A stretch of DNA of 64,000 bases from Candidatus Woykebacteria bacterium (GTDB lineage Bacteria; Patescibacteriota; Microgenomatia; Woykebacterales; RBG-16-39-9b). The stretch covers positions 170,510 to 234,509 of the forward strand of contig JBBDPN010000002.1 of assembly GCA_040876265.1 (NCBI GenBank), in the 5' to 3' direction. This document shows, piece after piece, positions 9,761-18,903 of this stretch. Position 1 is the stretch's first letter; the number at the start of each line of letters is the position of its first letter. The notes beneath the pieces are model-generated. The model did not search any database and was not told the origin of the DNA. It worked only from the letters and a program-made list of their open reading frames with translations. The translations under genes and the position numbers were made by a program.

Positions 9761-10853
9761 TCCGTTTTACTATTTGGGCAAGGCTAATAAGTATAGCTAA
9801 TATTAGCACCCCGCCCACTGCTATTGCAAAAAAACGGCCCCGGTTATCTAAAGTTAAAGCTAGATAAGCAGAAACTCCAGCCAGAATATAGTAAAAAACA
9901 GCTACTCTCTGTCTACTCCAACCCAGTGCTAACAATTGATGGTGAAGGTGTTCTTTATCGCCCCAAACCGGCGATTTAAGTGTTGATATTCTACGAATAA
10001 TTGCCCAGAGGCCGTCAACCAAAGGGACTATGAGTAGTAAGAAGGTGGTTGCTAATTTGGCGCCCGCTAAAATTGAAAGGGAAGCTATTACCATACCAGC
10101 GAAAGCGGCCCCACCGTAACCGGGCATGATTTTTTGAGGGTAGAAACTCCAAGGCAAAAACCCTAAAAAGGCACCCGCGGAGACAAAAGCTAAAATAGCC
10201 ACAGCGAGTTGGTTTGGATCTGTTGCTAGGTAACGATTTGCAGCTACTCCTAACGCAAGTAAAACTATCGTAGCAATACCTGGTAACTGCCCATCTACAC
10301 CAGAGGACCAATTGAGCGCGTTCATTACCCAGACTATCCAGAGAAACGCAAAGATATCAGCTAAAAGTACAATTGTGTGCGGTCCGGCAAAAAAATCAAA
10401 CGGTAAAACAGCCGGGAAAGTAAACATTATTATTATTTCATCAAGCCGAATTTGTCCACCAAAAGGATTTGTTATCCAACTGATACCAACTCCCGAACCA
10501 ACTATTATTCCAGCTGCAAAAAAATTGGTAAACAGACGAAAATAGGGATTTAAGTCATATTTATCGTCGAGAACTCCAACAGCCACAATGATAAATCCAG
10601 CTATTAAGATCCCGATAACATGTTTATCAAAAACAGCATTGCCAGTTGAAAAAACGTAGAGAATATAGGAAGTTACGATCGCTAAAAATGTAGCTACTCC
10701 GCCCGCTCTAGGCAGAGGCTTTTTATGAAGAATAGCCGGATGAGGCCTCCAGGGAAAATCTATAATAAAAAACTTTTTAGCTGCCCAGATTACAACTGGG
10801 GTGGTAAGGAAGGCGACCGTCGCCGCAACTAAGAGTAGCGTGGTTGTACTCAT
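9735..10853 (-). CDS. glycosyltransferase family 4 polyprenyl-phosphate sugar-1-phosphate transferase (MraY/WecA family)
   Basis: Polytopic membrane protein with the NALNWSSGVDGQ (NxxNxxDGxDG) motif of MraY/WecA. Confidence 0.7.
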   Translation of the reverse strand: MSTTTLLLVAATVAFLTTPVVIWAAKKFFIIDFPWRPHPAILHKKPLPRAGGVATFLAIVTSYILYVFSTGNAVFDKHVIGILIAGFIIVAVGVLDDKYDLNPYFRLFTNFFAAGIIVGSGVGISWITNPFGGQIRLDEIIIMFTFPAVLPFDFFAGPHTIVLLADIFAFLWIVWVMNALNWSSGVDGQLPGIATIVLLALGVAANRYLATDPNQLAVAILAFVSAGAFLGFLPWSFYPQKIMPGYGGAAFAGMVIASLSILAGAKLATTFLLLIVPLVDGLWAIIRRISTLKSPVWGDKEHLHHQLLALGWSRQRVAVFYYILAGVSAYLALTLDNRGRFFAIAVGGVLILAILISLAQIVKRIEKPANTS

Positions 10854-11213
10854 CTAAACTACCACCGAAACAATTTCCAAAAGAGTATAGAAGGAAAGCC
10901 CACTTATAAACAAACTTGACGAAATTAAAATTGAGGAAAGTAAACGCTCTCTCCGGGAAAAAAACCCGGCAAGCACAAAATTTAATATTATTACTACTAA
11001 GCTTAGCAATGGCAATAGCCAAAGGAACATTGGGTCAGCCAATCTTTGCTCGCCCCAGACCCTTGAAAACCATAGTGGAACAGCAAGTGGGAAATTACCA
11101 GTGTTTGTAAGTATCAAATAAGCAGAGGATATTGTAAAGATAAAGCTAAAGGTGGAGCTTATAATGATGTGAGCTGATAGGGTAGGAAAGCTCTTGACGA
11201 AAAATAACCTCAT
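10854..11213 (-). CDS. small hypothetical membrane protein
   Basis: 119-aa ORF with 3 hydrophobic segments. Lies in operon position with the GT4 gene. Confidence 0.3.
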   Translation of the reverse strand: MRLFFVKSFPTLSAHIIISSTFSFIFTISSAYLILTNTGNFPLAVPLWFSRVWGEQRLADPMFLWLLPLLSLVVIILNFVLAGFFSRRERLLSSILISSSLFISGLSFYTLLEIVSVVV

Positions 11214-11299
11214 ATACGCAAGCTGATTATAGCGAGAGCGAAGACGCTTCTCAAGTAGCCCTCGTGAGCGTTAGCAAATACTCAGGTTAATTTCTTACT

Positions 11300-11460
11300 A
11301 TTTTTTCAGTAACTTTTAGACCGTCAAACGGGTGCAGAGTCACAATTTCTAAATCAGTTTTTACAATTTTTTCTGTGACTCTTAATCCACGAAGTGGTTG
11401 CAAAGTAACCGAATTTAACTTTTAATTATTTTTTCGGTTACTTTATACTCCAACCTTTTC
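11300..11460. repeat. degenerate tandem repeat (~63 bp x 2.5) spanning the GT2 gene 3' end; contains one copy of the 21-nt CCACTTCGTGG motif and a 9-bp inverted repeat
   Basis: Units start at about 11300, 11365 and 11427 (tattttttcAgtAact / aattttttcTgtGact / tattttttcGgtTact). The last unit encodes the GT2 C-terminus. IR AGAGTCACA/TGTGACTCT at 11336-11344 and 11374-11382. Confidence 0.6.
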
Positions 11461-12908
11461 CCAAACAAGAGTCTGGTGTGGGCGTCCATGCCAGGTAAAG
11501 AGGAAAAGAAAAAGCCGGTGATTGGGAGTAGTATGTATTGAATAAGTGTCATCGGAAGCAAGCTCTTTTTGAAATACGCAGGTCGTGGAGGGCGCATAAG
11601 AAAATCAATTACGATAACAACCAAAAAGAATATCGCACATAGGGTAAGGATAAAACTAGCTATTCTGGGCAAATTAAAACCAAGAGCAGTATATTTAAAG
11701 GACTCATTGATCAGCGGAGGTATGGCTGCGCCTAGAGTGATTATCCACCAGTTCACCGGCCAAAGAATATGTTGCTCGGCTGCTCTTATAAATCTGACCA
11801 CAAAGGAACTGATCGGTACACTTTTTCTGAATTTGATAAAGCGGGAAAGAGCGTAAGCAATATCAGTAACCCCCCAGGCCCAACGTCTATTTTGAATATA
11901 TTGGGCTTTTAGGCTTTCCCAATAAGTCTGACCTTCAGCGGCATCGGCGTATAGTGGCAAAAATATAGATTCCAGCTCGACGTCACCTCTATTGGCGAAA
12001 AAAGCTTTAAAAAACAGATGCCAATCCTCTGGAATTACATCGACGTCCCAAAAGCCACTTTTTTCAAGCAGTCGCCAACTGGTAGAGTAGGTTGAATAGT
12101 TAAAATTGGACCCAGGGCGTAGAAGTTCAGCCACGCCGGTGATGGAGTAAATTGTGTGGACAACCCTGACGAATATCGGTACTCGCCAAATGTTGTTATA
12201 AAATAAAATAGCCGCTTGCCAAAAACGGCTGTATGGGTTTTCATTTGTCAAAAATTGGTAGGTAAGAAGGGCGAAATATTTTGGATGGATCGAAACGTCA
12301 GCGTCACAGCTGGTGACAGTGATGTAGTCTTTATCATAACCAGCTGCTTCAATAAAACCTTGGACTTGTTTAGCGGCGTGGGCTAAATTGGAAGATTTTC
12401 CGGCTACTTCATTTTTGGTGAGTTTATGGTGGGTGATCCAGAAATTTCCAAAGAAGTGCCCATACTTATCTTGAAGCTCCTTCGCCTTCTCCAAAACACC
12501 TTCTTCCCGCTCTTCTGTAGCTAAACAAACATCAATTTGCTTTGTGGTAAATTCGGTTTCGGAGAGAAATGTTAACGTCCGAGATAAAATTTCCTCCGGC
12601 TCTTTGTATGTTGCGACTATTACTATGTGCCTCATTTTTTGCCAAGGTAATCCTCCTTCCTTTAATTTTTTTAACCAATCGATACTGTTCGTTTTTTTGA
12701 TACGTCTGTAGCCTCGAACTGAGTTAACGGCCAACGTTACGGTGCGGTAAAAGAAGTAAATATCAAAAAAGATGATGAAATAAGCTACTGCAACCGGGAT
12801 AAAAAAACTAGCCCAGAAAGGTGAGCTTAATAAGAGTAGTGAAATTATAGGAGGAATAATTTCAAATAGTCTGTTCAACCGCTTTTCACGTCTTTCTTGT
12901 TTGCTCAT
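11415..12908 (-). CDS. processive family-2 glycosyltransferase (cellulose/chitin-synthase-like, membrane-embedded)
   Basis: N- and C-terminal TM segments. D/DxD motifs. QNRRWAWG (QxxRW) processivity motif. Confidence 0.7.
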   Translation of the reverse strand: MSKQERREKRLNRLFEIIPPIISLLLLSSPFWASFFIPVAVAYFIIFFDIYFFYRTVTLAVNSVRGYRRIKKTNSIDWLKKLKEGGLPWQKMRHIVIVATYKEPEEILSRTLTFLSETEFTTKQIDVCLATEEREEGVLEKAKELQDKYGHFFGNFWITHHKLTKNEVAGKSSNLAHAAKQVQGFIEAAGYDKDYITVTSCDADVSIHPKYFALLTYQFLTNENPYSRFWQAAILFYNNIWRVPIFVRVVHTIYSITGVAELLRPGSNFNYSTYSTSWRLLEKSGFWDVDVIPEDWHLFFKAFFANRGDVELESIFLPLYADAAEGQTYWESLKAQYIQNRRWAWGVTDIAYALSRFIKFRKSVPISSFVVRFIRAAEQHILWPVNWWIITLGAAIPPLINESFKYTALGFNLPRIASFILTLCAIFFLVVIVIDFLMRPPRPAYFKKSLLPMTLIQYILLPITGFFFSSLPGMDAHTRLLFGKRLEYKVTEKIIKS

Positions 12909-13684
12909 TTGTGGAAATTAAATAAGTTCCTAGCGTTTTGAGCGGTAATTTTGGCAGCTTTTTCTAGCGACCACCCTTTGAGGTCTGCAATAGTAACCGC
13001 CACCATTTTAACATAAATAGGTTCATTTCGCTTCCCTCGACGACCTTTCGGGGACAGAAACGGAGAATCGGTTTCAGTTAAGATTCTGTTATCAGGCAGT
13101 TTCTTAGCAACGTCTCGTATGTAATCGTTACCTTTGTAAGTAATGTTTCCAGAAAATGATATGTATAGACCCAGGTCAAGGAAATTTTTTGTTTGTTCCC
13201 AACTACCCATGTAACAATGCATCAAGCCAGTAGTTTTGCCTTTATATTTTTTAATCTGGTTGTATATCTCGTCATACGCATCTCGGCAATGAAAAAGGAT
13301 TGGTTTACCTAACTCACCCGCAAGATTAATTTGTTGCTCGAGAATTTCTACTTGCGCCTTTAAATTGGGCTTACGATAATTCTTGTAGACATGTTTATCG
13401 AGCCCAATTTCACCGACGGCAACCACCTTTCCCCTTTTGCCTAAGGATTCTAGAGTTTGGTAAGTTTCTTTGCTCCATTGACCGACATGATGAGGATGGA
13501 CGGCAACGGAGGCGAAAAAATTATCAAATTGTTCCGAGAGCTTTACGCTTTTTTCACTTGCATCCACACTAGTACCAACATTGATCAATGCTTCGAGTTC
13601 CTTCGAATTTCTTTTTGTAACCTCGTCGCGATCGCCATCATAAGCCTTAAACTGCAAATGGGCGTGGGTATCTATTAGGTTCAT
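12905..13684 (-). CDS. tatD: TatD family metal-dependent hydrolase
   Basis: MNLIDTHAHLQF start. Conserved His/Glu/Asp ladder of TatD. 259 aa. Confidence 0.85.
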   Translation of the reverse strand: MNLIDTHAHLQFKAYDGDRDEVTKRNSKELEALINVGTSVDASEKSVKLSEQFDNFFASVAVHPHHVGQWSKETYQTLESLGKRGKVVAVGEIGLDKHVYKNYRKPNLKAQVEILEQQINLAGELGKPILFHCRDAYDEIYNQIKKYKGKTTGLMHCYMGSWEQTKNFLDLGLYISFSGNITYKGNDYIRDVAKKLPDNRILTETDSPFLSPKGRRGKRNEPIYVKMVAVTIADLKGWSLEKAAKITAQNARNLFNFHK

Positions 13685-15150
13685 TTTCTAGGAAATAGTG
13701 CAGCAGATGAAGTGATATTCTTTTGTAAAAATTGCTTCTCTATTCTTTCTGCTGTTTCTGGCAGGAATGGTTTGATCAATTTTGAGATGCCTTGAATTTT
13801 AACAATTGTTTCCTGCAGAAAGGAATAAAGTTTATTTGGGTTAGACTTCAGTAGTGCCCACGGCTTCTCCTTATCAATTGCTTGGTCCAATTCTGATATC
13901 TCAACCCAAATTAAATCCAGCACATCTTTGAGATATAATTTTTCGATGTACTCAACAATTTTTCTTTCTCGATCGTTATTTGGTTTACCGTACGGGTCGC
14001 CCAAGTCTCTAAGGGAATAATTTTTACCGGACTTTTCGACCAGTTTCGCTACTCTAGCGATCAGATTTCCTAGACCATTGGCAAGATCGGCGTTATAGAC
14101 TTCTTTCAATCGGTCAAATGAGAAGTCGCCGTCATTACCAAATGGTATTTCTTTGAATAGGAAATAGCGAAGCGCGTCGGTGCCGTATTCATCAGCAATT
14201 TTTATCGGGTCAATTGCGTTGCCAAGTGACTTGCTGATTTTTTGGCCATCGATGGTGAAGAAACCGTGAGCAAAGACCTTTTTTGGCAGTGGCAGGTCTG
14301 CGGCCATAAGCATTGCTGGCCAGATGACAGCGTGAAAGCGAAGAATGTCTTTACCGATTATATGCACATCTGCAGGCCAAAATTTTTCTGGTGTTCCGGA
14401 GTAGTAACTCAAAAGCGCGTCAAACCAAACGTAAATCCTTTGTTTCTTATCAAATGGCACTTGTATACCCCACTTCGCGTTCTCCCTTGATATCGAAACG
14501 TTTTCCAAACCCCTCCTAACAAATGAAACTACCTCATTCCTTCTTTCAGGAGGTTCTATAAAGCTTTTATTTTCCTCGTAAAGGACTAGGAGTTTGTCTG
14601 TAAAATCTTTTAATTTGAAAAAATAATTTTTTTCTTCCAAAACCTCAGGTTTAGTTTTATGATCAGGGCAAAGTCCTTTTTCATCCAAGTCCTCATTTTT
14701 GATAAAGGCCTCGTGTCCTAAGCAGTAGAGACCTTTATAAGTTCCTTGTTCAATAAGACCAGCGTCGTAGATCTTTTGAAAAATTTCTTGGACAAATTTT
14801 TCATGTTTCTTTGTTGTTGTTCTAACAAAACCAAACTTTCCATCAGCAATGTTGAGTTTTCGCCAGGTTTTTTGCCACGTTTTTGCCATAACATCGGCAT
14901 ATTTTTCGACTGGCAAGTTCTTTTTCCCAGCGGCTTCAACCGTCTTTTGAGAATTCTCATCGCTGCCAGTTAATAGAAACGTTTCGACACCTTTTTGCTG
15001 GTGGTATCTAGCCAAAATATCAGCAGCGAAAGTCGCATAGGCATGACCTATGTGCGGCACGTCGTTTATGTAATAAATAGGTGTGGTTACAAAGAATTTT
15101 TTCGATTCGTTCATAGATTTGCGTATTTTATTATTCTTTGCCTCTATCAC
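13681..15150 (-). CDS. metG: methionyl-tRNA synthetase (core form without C-terminal domain)
   Basis: HIGH motif (PHIGHAYA). KMSKS motif (KISKSLGN). 489 aa. Confidence 0.9.
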   Translation of the reverse strand: MIEAKNNKIRKSMNESKKFFVTTPIYYINDVPHIGHAYATFAADILARYHQQKGVETFLLTGSDENSQKTVEAAGKKNLPVEKYADVMAKTWQKTWRKLNIADGKFGFVRTTTKKHEKFVQEIFQKIYDAGLIEQGTYKGLYCLGHEAFIKNEDLDEKGLCPDHKTKPEVLEEKNYFFKLKDFTDKLLVLYEENKSFIEPPERRNEVVSFVRRGLENVSISRENAKWGIQVPFDKKQRIYVWFDALLSYYSGTPEKFWPADVHIIGKDILRFHAVIWPAMLMAADLPLPKKVFAHGFFTIDGQKISKSLGNAIDPIKIADEYGTDALRYFLFKEIPFGNDGDFSFDRLKEVYNADLANGLGNLIARVAKLVEKSGKNYSLRDLGDPYGKPNNDRERKIVEYIEKLYLKDVLDLIWVEISELDQAIDKEKPWALLKSNPNKLYSFLQETIVKIQGISKLIKPFLPETAERIEKQFLQKNITSSAALFPRK

Positions 15151-15160
15151 GCAACTTTAT

Positions 15161-15200
15161 TAGCCCACGAACTCCGATTTGATCGGAGGAAGTGGTCGCC
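15161..15200 (-). promoter_or_regulatory. split copy of the 21-nt motif (GGCGACCACTTC-[17-nt hairpin CTCCGATCAAATCGGAG]-TTCGTGGGCTA) in the metG 5' leader, preceded by a GC-rich hairpin
   Basis: Reverse complement of 15161-15200 matches motif copies at 36383-36403 and 47044-47064 on both sides of an inserted perfect 7-bp hairpin. Confidence 0.45.
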
Positions 15201-15287
15201 CGCCTGCCGGACGGTCAGGCAGCGCGCGTGAATACTGAAAAATCCTGTATTTTGAAGTATGAAGCGTGCTATCTCTACCAAGCAAGA

Positions 15288-15680
15288 TCAACGGCTTGAT
15301 AAGTATATCTCAACCAGAATTGCGATACCAACGACAAGCCCAACGTTTAATATGTTCGAGAGATTTAATACGTTCAAAGCTACTACGCTAGTGGTTACTA
15401 GTGAAAATAAAAAACCGCGCCTTAACGATCTAAAAAAAAGTCTTCGCGGCTGTGATTGGGCGCCGGTTGCTCTGCTTTTAGGAGCGAGAAAATTTTCAAA
15501 AAAATAAAGTACCAAAGAGACACTGATTCCTAACGCCAGAAAGCCAGAAAGGAAAACATAAAGGATATTAGAAATTGCCAATTGGCCTTCGATATCCGGT
15601 GGAACAAACCAGATAAGATAAGCAAAAGCAGCCCAAGAGAAAGCAGCGATTAGAAAGAAAACTGCGACAAAAAATTTCAT
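15288..15680 (-). CDS. hypothetical membrane protein
   Basis: 130-aa ORF with 4 predicted TM helices. The opposite-strand ORF is less plausible. Confidence 0.35.
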   Translation of the reverse strand: MKFFVAVFFLIAAFSWAAFAYLIWFVPPDIEGQLAISNILYVFLSGFLALGISVSLVLYFFENFLAPKSRATGAQSQPRRLFFRSLRRGFLFSLVTTSVVALNVLNLSNILNVGLVVGIAILVEIYLSSR

Positions 15681-15749
15681 GTATTTTCATTTTGCCCCAT
15701 CTAGCCTCAGTTTACAACCAAAGCCTTTCTTGTTAATATTGGAAAACTA

Positions 15750-16793
15750 ATGGATCAGAATACTTTACTGTTTATTTTAATAGCCGTGGTGGTGGTTGGT
15801 TTTATCTTTCTGTTTCGGCAATTCCAGTCTATCAAAGAAGAAAAGGACAAGGATAAATCTAGTGAGGTTCTCATGAAATGGCTAGAGGAAATGAGAACCA
15901 GTGTCGATAAAAGTACCGAGACTATGCAACGCAGACTCGATGCGACGAACAAAGCGATTAATGAAAGGTTGGACAATGCCGCTCGGGTCATTGCCGGGGT
16001 TGGCAAAGAAGTAGGGGCCATGAGTGAAATTGGACGTAGCATGAAAGACTTGCAGGACTTTCTGCGTAGTCCAAAACTGAGAGGTAATATCGGCGAGCAA
16101 GTGCTGAAAGAACTGCTAGGCCAGTTTTTACCAAAGGAAAGTTTTCACCTCCAGTACCGATTTCGCAGCGGAGAAATTGTTGACGCGGCGATAAAGACAG
16201 AGAGCGGCATTATTCCGATCGACTCAAAATTTCCGATGGAAAATTTTAAACAAATGATGAAAGCCGAAGGTGAAGCGGAGAAAAAGGTTTATGAAAAAGA
16301 GTTTGGCCGAGATGTAAAGAAACATATTGACGATATCTCTAAGAAATATATTTTACCCGAAGAAGGCACGATCGATTACGCTCTGATGTACGTGCCTAGC
16401 GAACCTGTTTACTATGAAATTATGAGTAATATGCCTGAACTCTCTGATTACGCCCACAAAAAGCGAGTATTGCCGGTTTCTCCATCCACTTTTTACGCTT
16501 ATATGCGGGCGATTTTGATGAGTTTTGAAGGAAAAAAGATAGAGGAACGCGCTCGCGCTATCCTCGCCGCCCTTCGCGGTATAAAGGGAGACAGTGAAAA
16601 ATTTGGCGACGCTTTGCGTGTTCTCACCAAACATATTAACGATACAAAAAACACTAGCGACTTAGTCAACTCTCGCTACATTTCTCTACACTCCAAAATC
16701 GACACCGCCGGAAGTTTAAAAAGCGCTGACAAAAAAGCCCTCGAAGAACCACTAGCAGTAGAAGAAGTCGAAGAGATTACGGAAGAAACTTAG
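15750..16793 (+). CDS. rmuC: DNA recombination protein RmuC
   Basis: N-terminal TM, long coiled-coil, and the RmuC C-terminal region (IDSKFPMENF ... YALMYVPSE). Confidence 0.8.
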   Translation: MDQNTLLFILIAVVVVGFIFLFRQFQSIKEEKDKDKSSEVLMKWLEEMRTSVDKSTETMQRRLDATNKAINERLDNAARVIAGVGKEVGAMSEIGRSMKDLQDFLRSPKLRGNIGEQVLKELLGQFLPKESFHLQYRFRSGEIVDAAIKTESGIIPIDSKFPMENFKQMMKAEGEAEKKVYEKEFGRDVKKHIDDISKKYILPEEGTIDYALMYVPSEPVYYEIMSNMPELSDYAHKKRVLPVSPSTFYAYMRAILMSFEGKKIEERARAILAALRGIKGDSEKFGDALRVLTKHINDTKNTSDLVNSRYISLHSKIDTAGSLKSADKKALEEPLAVEEVEEITEET

Positions 16794-16806
16794 GAGGAGA
16801 GCACTA

Positions 16807-17049
16807 ATGGTTATAGAACAAGATGGGTTCGCAACCATCGAAGGTACCAGAGTGAGAGTCAAGGATATTGCGGACCAGTATCAGCGCGGCCTTGATGAGA
16901 TAGTTGCAGAGAAGCTGCAGGACTATTTCCCGCACCGGAGCATAGAGTAGATCCAAGCCGCAATTTCCTACTGGCGTGAGAACTCGGAGAAGATCGACGA
17001 GGAAATCCGCGCCGAAAAGGAAGTCTTTTTGGAAGCGTCGAAAGGATAG
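16807..17049 (+). pseudogene. DUF433-family (antitoxin-like) gene with in-frame TAG at 16948-16950
   Basis: The N-terminal 47 codons (IEGTRVRV...DYFPHRSIE) and the downstream in-frame segment (IQAAISYWREN...) together match the DUF433 consensus (GTRIPV ... YPxLTxEDIxAALxYA). The TAG sits at the conserved D/E position. A GGAGGAGAG ribosome-binding site lies 5 nt upstream. Confidence 0.5.
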
Positions 17050-17076
17050 CGGGAAGAACCTAGAAGGGAGATCAAT

Positions 17077-17310
17077 ATGGAGTGGCAGGACTGGCTCGTA
17101 TGGGGCGTTCTTGCTACCTGGCTTGGTGGAGGGTTGGTGTACTTTGCTCACTTGACTCACCAAATTCGGGCCGAGACAGGGAAGTGGCTCCACCCAACCG
17201 AACCTGGAGCCCAGATCCTCACCATCCTCATATGGTGGGTGATACTAGCGGGACGCTTTGCTTCGTGGATAGGAGGAGTGATGAAACGAAGGAATGGGGA
17301 GGTCTTGTAA
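17077..17310 (+). CDS. small hypothetical membrane protein (2 TM), G+C-rich islet
   Basis: 77-aa ORF with a GGGAG ribosome-binding site 7 nt upstream. Followed by an intrinsic terminator (ACGCCG...CGGCGT + T6) at about 17326-17364. Confidence 0.35.
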   Translation: MEWQDWLVWGVLATWLGGGLVYFAHLTHQIRAETGKWLHPTEPGAQILTILIWWVILAGRFASWIGGVMKRRNGEVL

Positions 17311-17514
17311 TCCAACCGCGCAACGACCGCCCTTAACGCCGACTCACACGAGCCGGCGTCTTTTTTGGAAACGGGTCGTTTCTCTTTTCCTTCGACTTCG
17401 CTCTCTTCGAGCCTGAGCGATGAGGCTCAAGCCTCAGAGCCGAAGGCAGGACAAGTTTCCGCAGTTTCCTCTCATCTTGACGCACAAATAATATTGGTGT
17501 ATGTTATATACACC

Positions 17515-17802
17515 ATGAAAAGGACCCAGCTTTATTTACCGGAAAAAACTTTGAAAATTTTGAAAAAAGAGGCGGCCGAGACTAAAAGGAGCGTTTCCGA
17601 AATCGTACGGGAAACTCTAGATGAAAGATTAAGAGAAAGTAGAGGCAACCCGGCTAGATTTTTAGTTGATATGGCCTTGCGAGCCGAACGGCTTGGCTAC
17701 AGCGGTCCAGTCGATTTAGCTGAAAAACACGATGAGTACCTTTATGGTAAAAAATCTCCTAAATGGGGTTATCTCTACAAAAATAAAAAGAAGAAAAAAT
17801 GA
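17515..17802 (+). CDS. vapB: ribbon-helix-helix (CopG/VapB-like) antitoxin with lysine-rich tail
   Basis: MKRTQLYLPEKTLKILKKEAAETKRSVSEIVRETL is a classic RHH N-terminus. Its stop overlaps the PIN gene start (ATGA). Confidence 0.6.
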   Translation: MKRTQLYLPEKTLKILKKEAAETKRSVSEIVRETLDERLRESRGNPARFLVDMALRAERLGYSGPVDLAEKHDEYLYGKKSPKWGYLYKNKKKKK

Positions 17803-18194
17803 TTTTTGTAGACACCAGTGCTTTTGTAGCTTTAAATAACCCTAAAGACCCACATCACAAAAAATCACTTCAAGTAAGTTTAAATCTAGAAAAAGAATCA
17901 GCGCCCTTTTTTACCACGAACTACATTTTGGCAGAAAGCTATACTGTAATAAGCCAAAAAGTTGACAAAGAAGCCAGCGTTTATTTTAGAGAGAATTTGG
18001 ATTTAAGGATTCGTATTGTTAGAGTGGGTGAAAGTTTAGAAGAGACTGCTTGGGAAATTTTTAAAGAAACACGCTCAAAAAATGTTTCCTACGTAGACTG
18101 TACTTCTTTTGCGGCGATGAAGGCTTTTAATATCAAGCGGGCCTTTGCCTTCGACGATGATTTTAAAAGAGCCGGATTTTCTTTATTGACGTAA
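17799..18194 (+). CDS. vapC: PIN-domain toxin VapC
   Basis: MIFVDTSAFVAL start and conserved acidic residues of PIN domains. 131 aa. Confidence 0.7.
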   Translation: MIFVDTSAFVALNNPKDPHHKKSLQVSLNLEKESAPFFTTNYILAESYTVISQKVDKEASVYFRENLDLRIRIVRVGESLEETAWEIFKETRSKNVSYVDCTSFAAMKAFNIKRAFAFDDDFKRAGFSLLT

Positions 18195-18257
18195 CCGTAG
18201 AATCCTTACCCTCGAAGAACCCGAAGAAATCACCGAGGAGTAACGACACACTATAGG

Positions 18258-18286
18258 TTGACATTCGAACCTATTTCCTGTATAAT
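18258..18286 (+). promoter_or_regulatory. perfect consensus sigma70 promoter TTGACA-N17-TATAAT
   Basis: TTGACA at 18258-18263. Exact 17-nt spacer. TATAAT at 18281-18286. About 40 nt upstream of the next ORF and its ribosome-binding site. Confidence 0.5.
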
Positions 18287-18328
18287 TCCCATCATCAAAT
18301 TAGCTAAATAACCTTGAAAGGATAGAGA

Positions 18329-18592
18329 ATGTTCGACGAACCACGTCAAGGGAGCATCGTCGGAAAAGTACTAAATGTACTCCTCGACCACATTGATGAG
18401 TTCGTGACGGAGGATCATATCTTAACAGAGGCTAGCCTCTGGGAGGAACACCTCCATCCGAACTTTCAGCGACAGCGTGTAGTCGCTGCGATGACTACCC
18501 TGCGGGGCAGGTACCGCTGGAAGATCGACACGAAGCGTAGTGGTGAGTACCCGAGCGAGGGTAACACCGCCTACCGACTACCTACACAGTAA
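18329..18592 (+). CDS. hypothetical small protein (ORFan), G+C-rich islet
   Basis: 87-aa ORF. AAGGA ribosome-binding site. Codon usage is clearly G+C-richer than the flanking genes. Confidence 0.4.
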   Translation: MFDEPRQGSIVGKVLNVLLDHIDEFVTEDHILTEASLWEEHLHPNFQRQRVVAAMTTLRGRYRWKIDTKRSGEYPSEGNTAYRLPTQ

Positions 18593-18606
18593 GGAGGGAA
18601 ACTGTC

Positions 18607-18903
18607 ATGCCGTGCAACAACAGGACCGTTCAGGAAGTGGTGGAGGAATGGTTGCGACAAGCAAGTCGAAGCCTCGAAAACCAGCTTCCTTGGAAGAGAG
18701 AGGAACTGCTGGTAGAGGCGATACGGGAGTCACTCGGTGATCCTCGCCTAGCTTTTGCCACTAGAGTCGGGGGAAAGCTGGTCATCCCGCCACCGCACTC
18801 GATACCGGTCCCGCAAGAAATGGAGAGACGCCGCCTCATTTTGAGGATGGCGTTGACTCTGCTCACGGAGATGGAATTACTCCGTTATCAAAACCAACCC
18901 TAG
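18607..18903 (+). CDS. hypothetical small protein (ORFan), G+C-rich islet
   Basis: 98-aa ORF. AAGGAGGG ribosome-binding site 6 nt upstream. Followed by a hairpin (GAAACGACC ... GGTCGTTT) with a T-run at about 18990-19045. Confidence 0.4.
   Translation: MPCNNRTVQEVVEEWLRQASRSLENQLPWKREELLVEAIRESLGDPRLAFATRVGGKLVIPPPHSIPVPQEMERRRLILRMALTLLTEMELLRYQNQP

Noticed and set aside
16804-17193. 129-aa minus-strand ORF across the DUF433 remnant and membrane ORF
   Set aside because: It lies antisense to two plus-strand ORFs that have good ribosome-binding sites and recognisable homology. Long antisense frames are expected in locally G+C-rich DNA.
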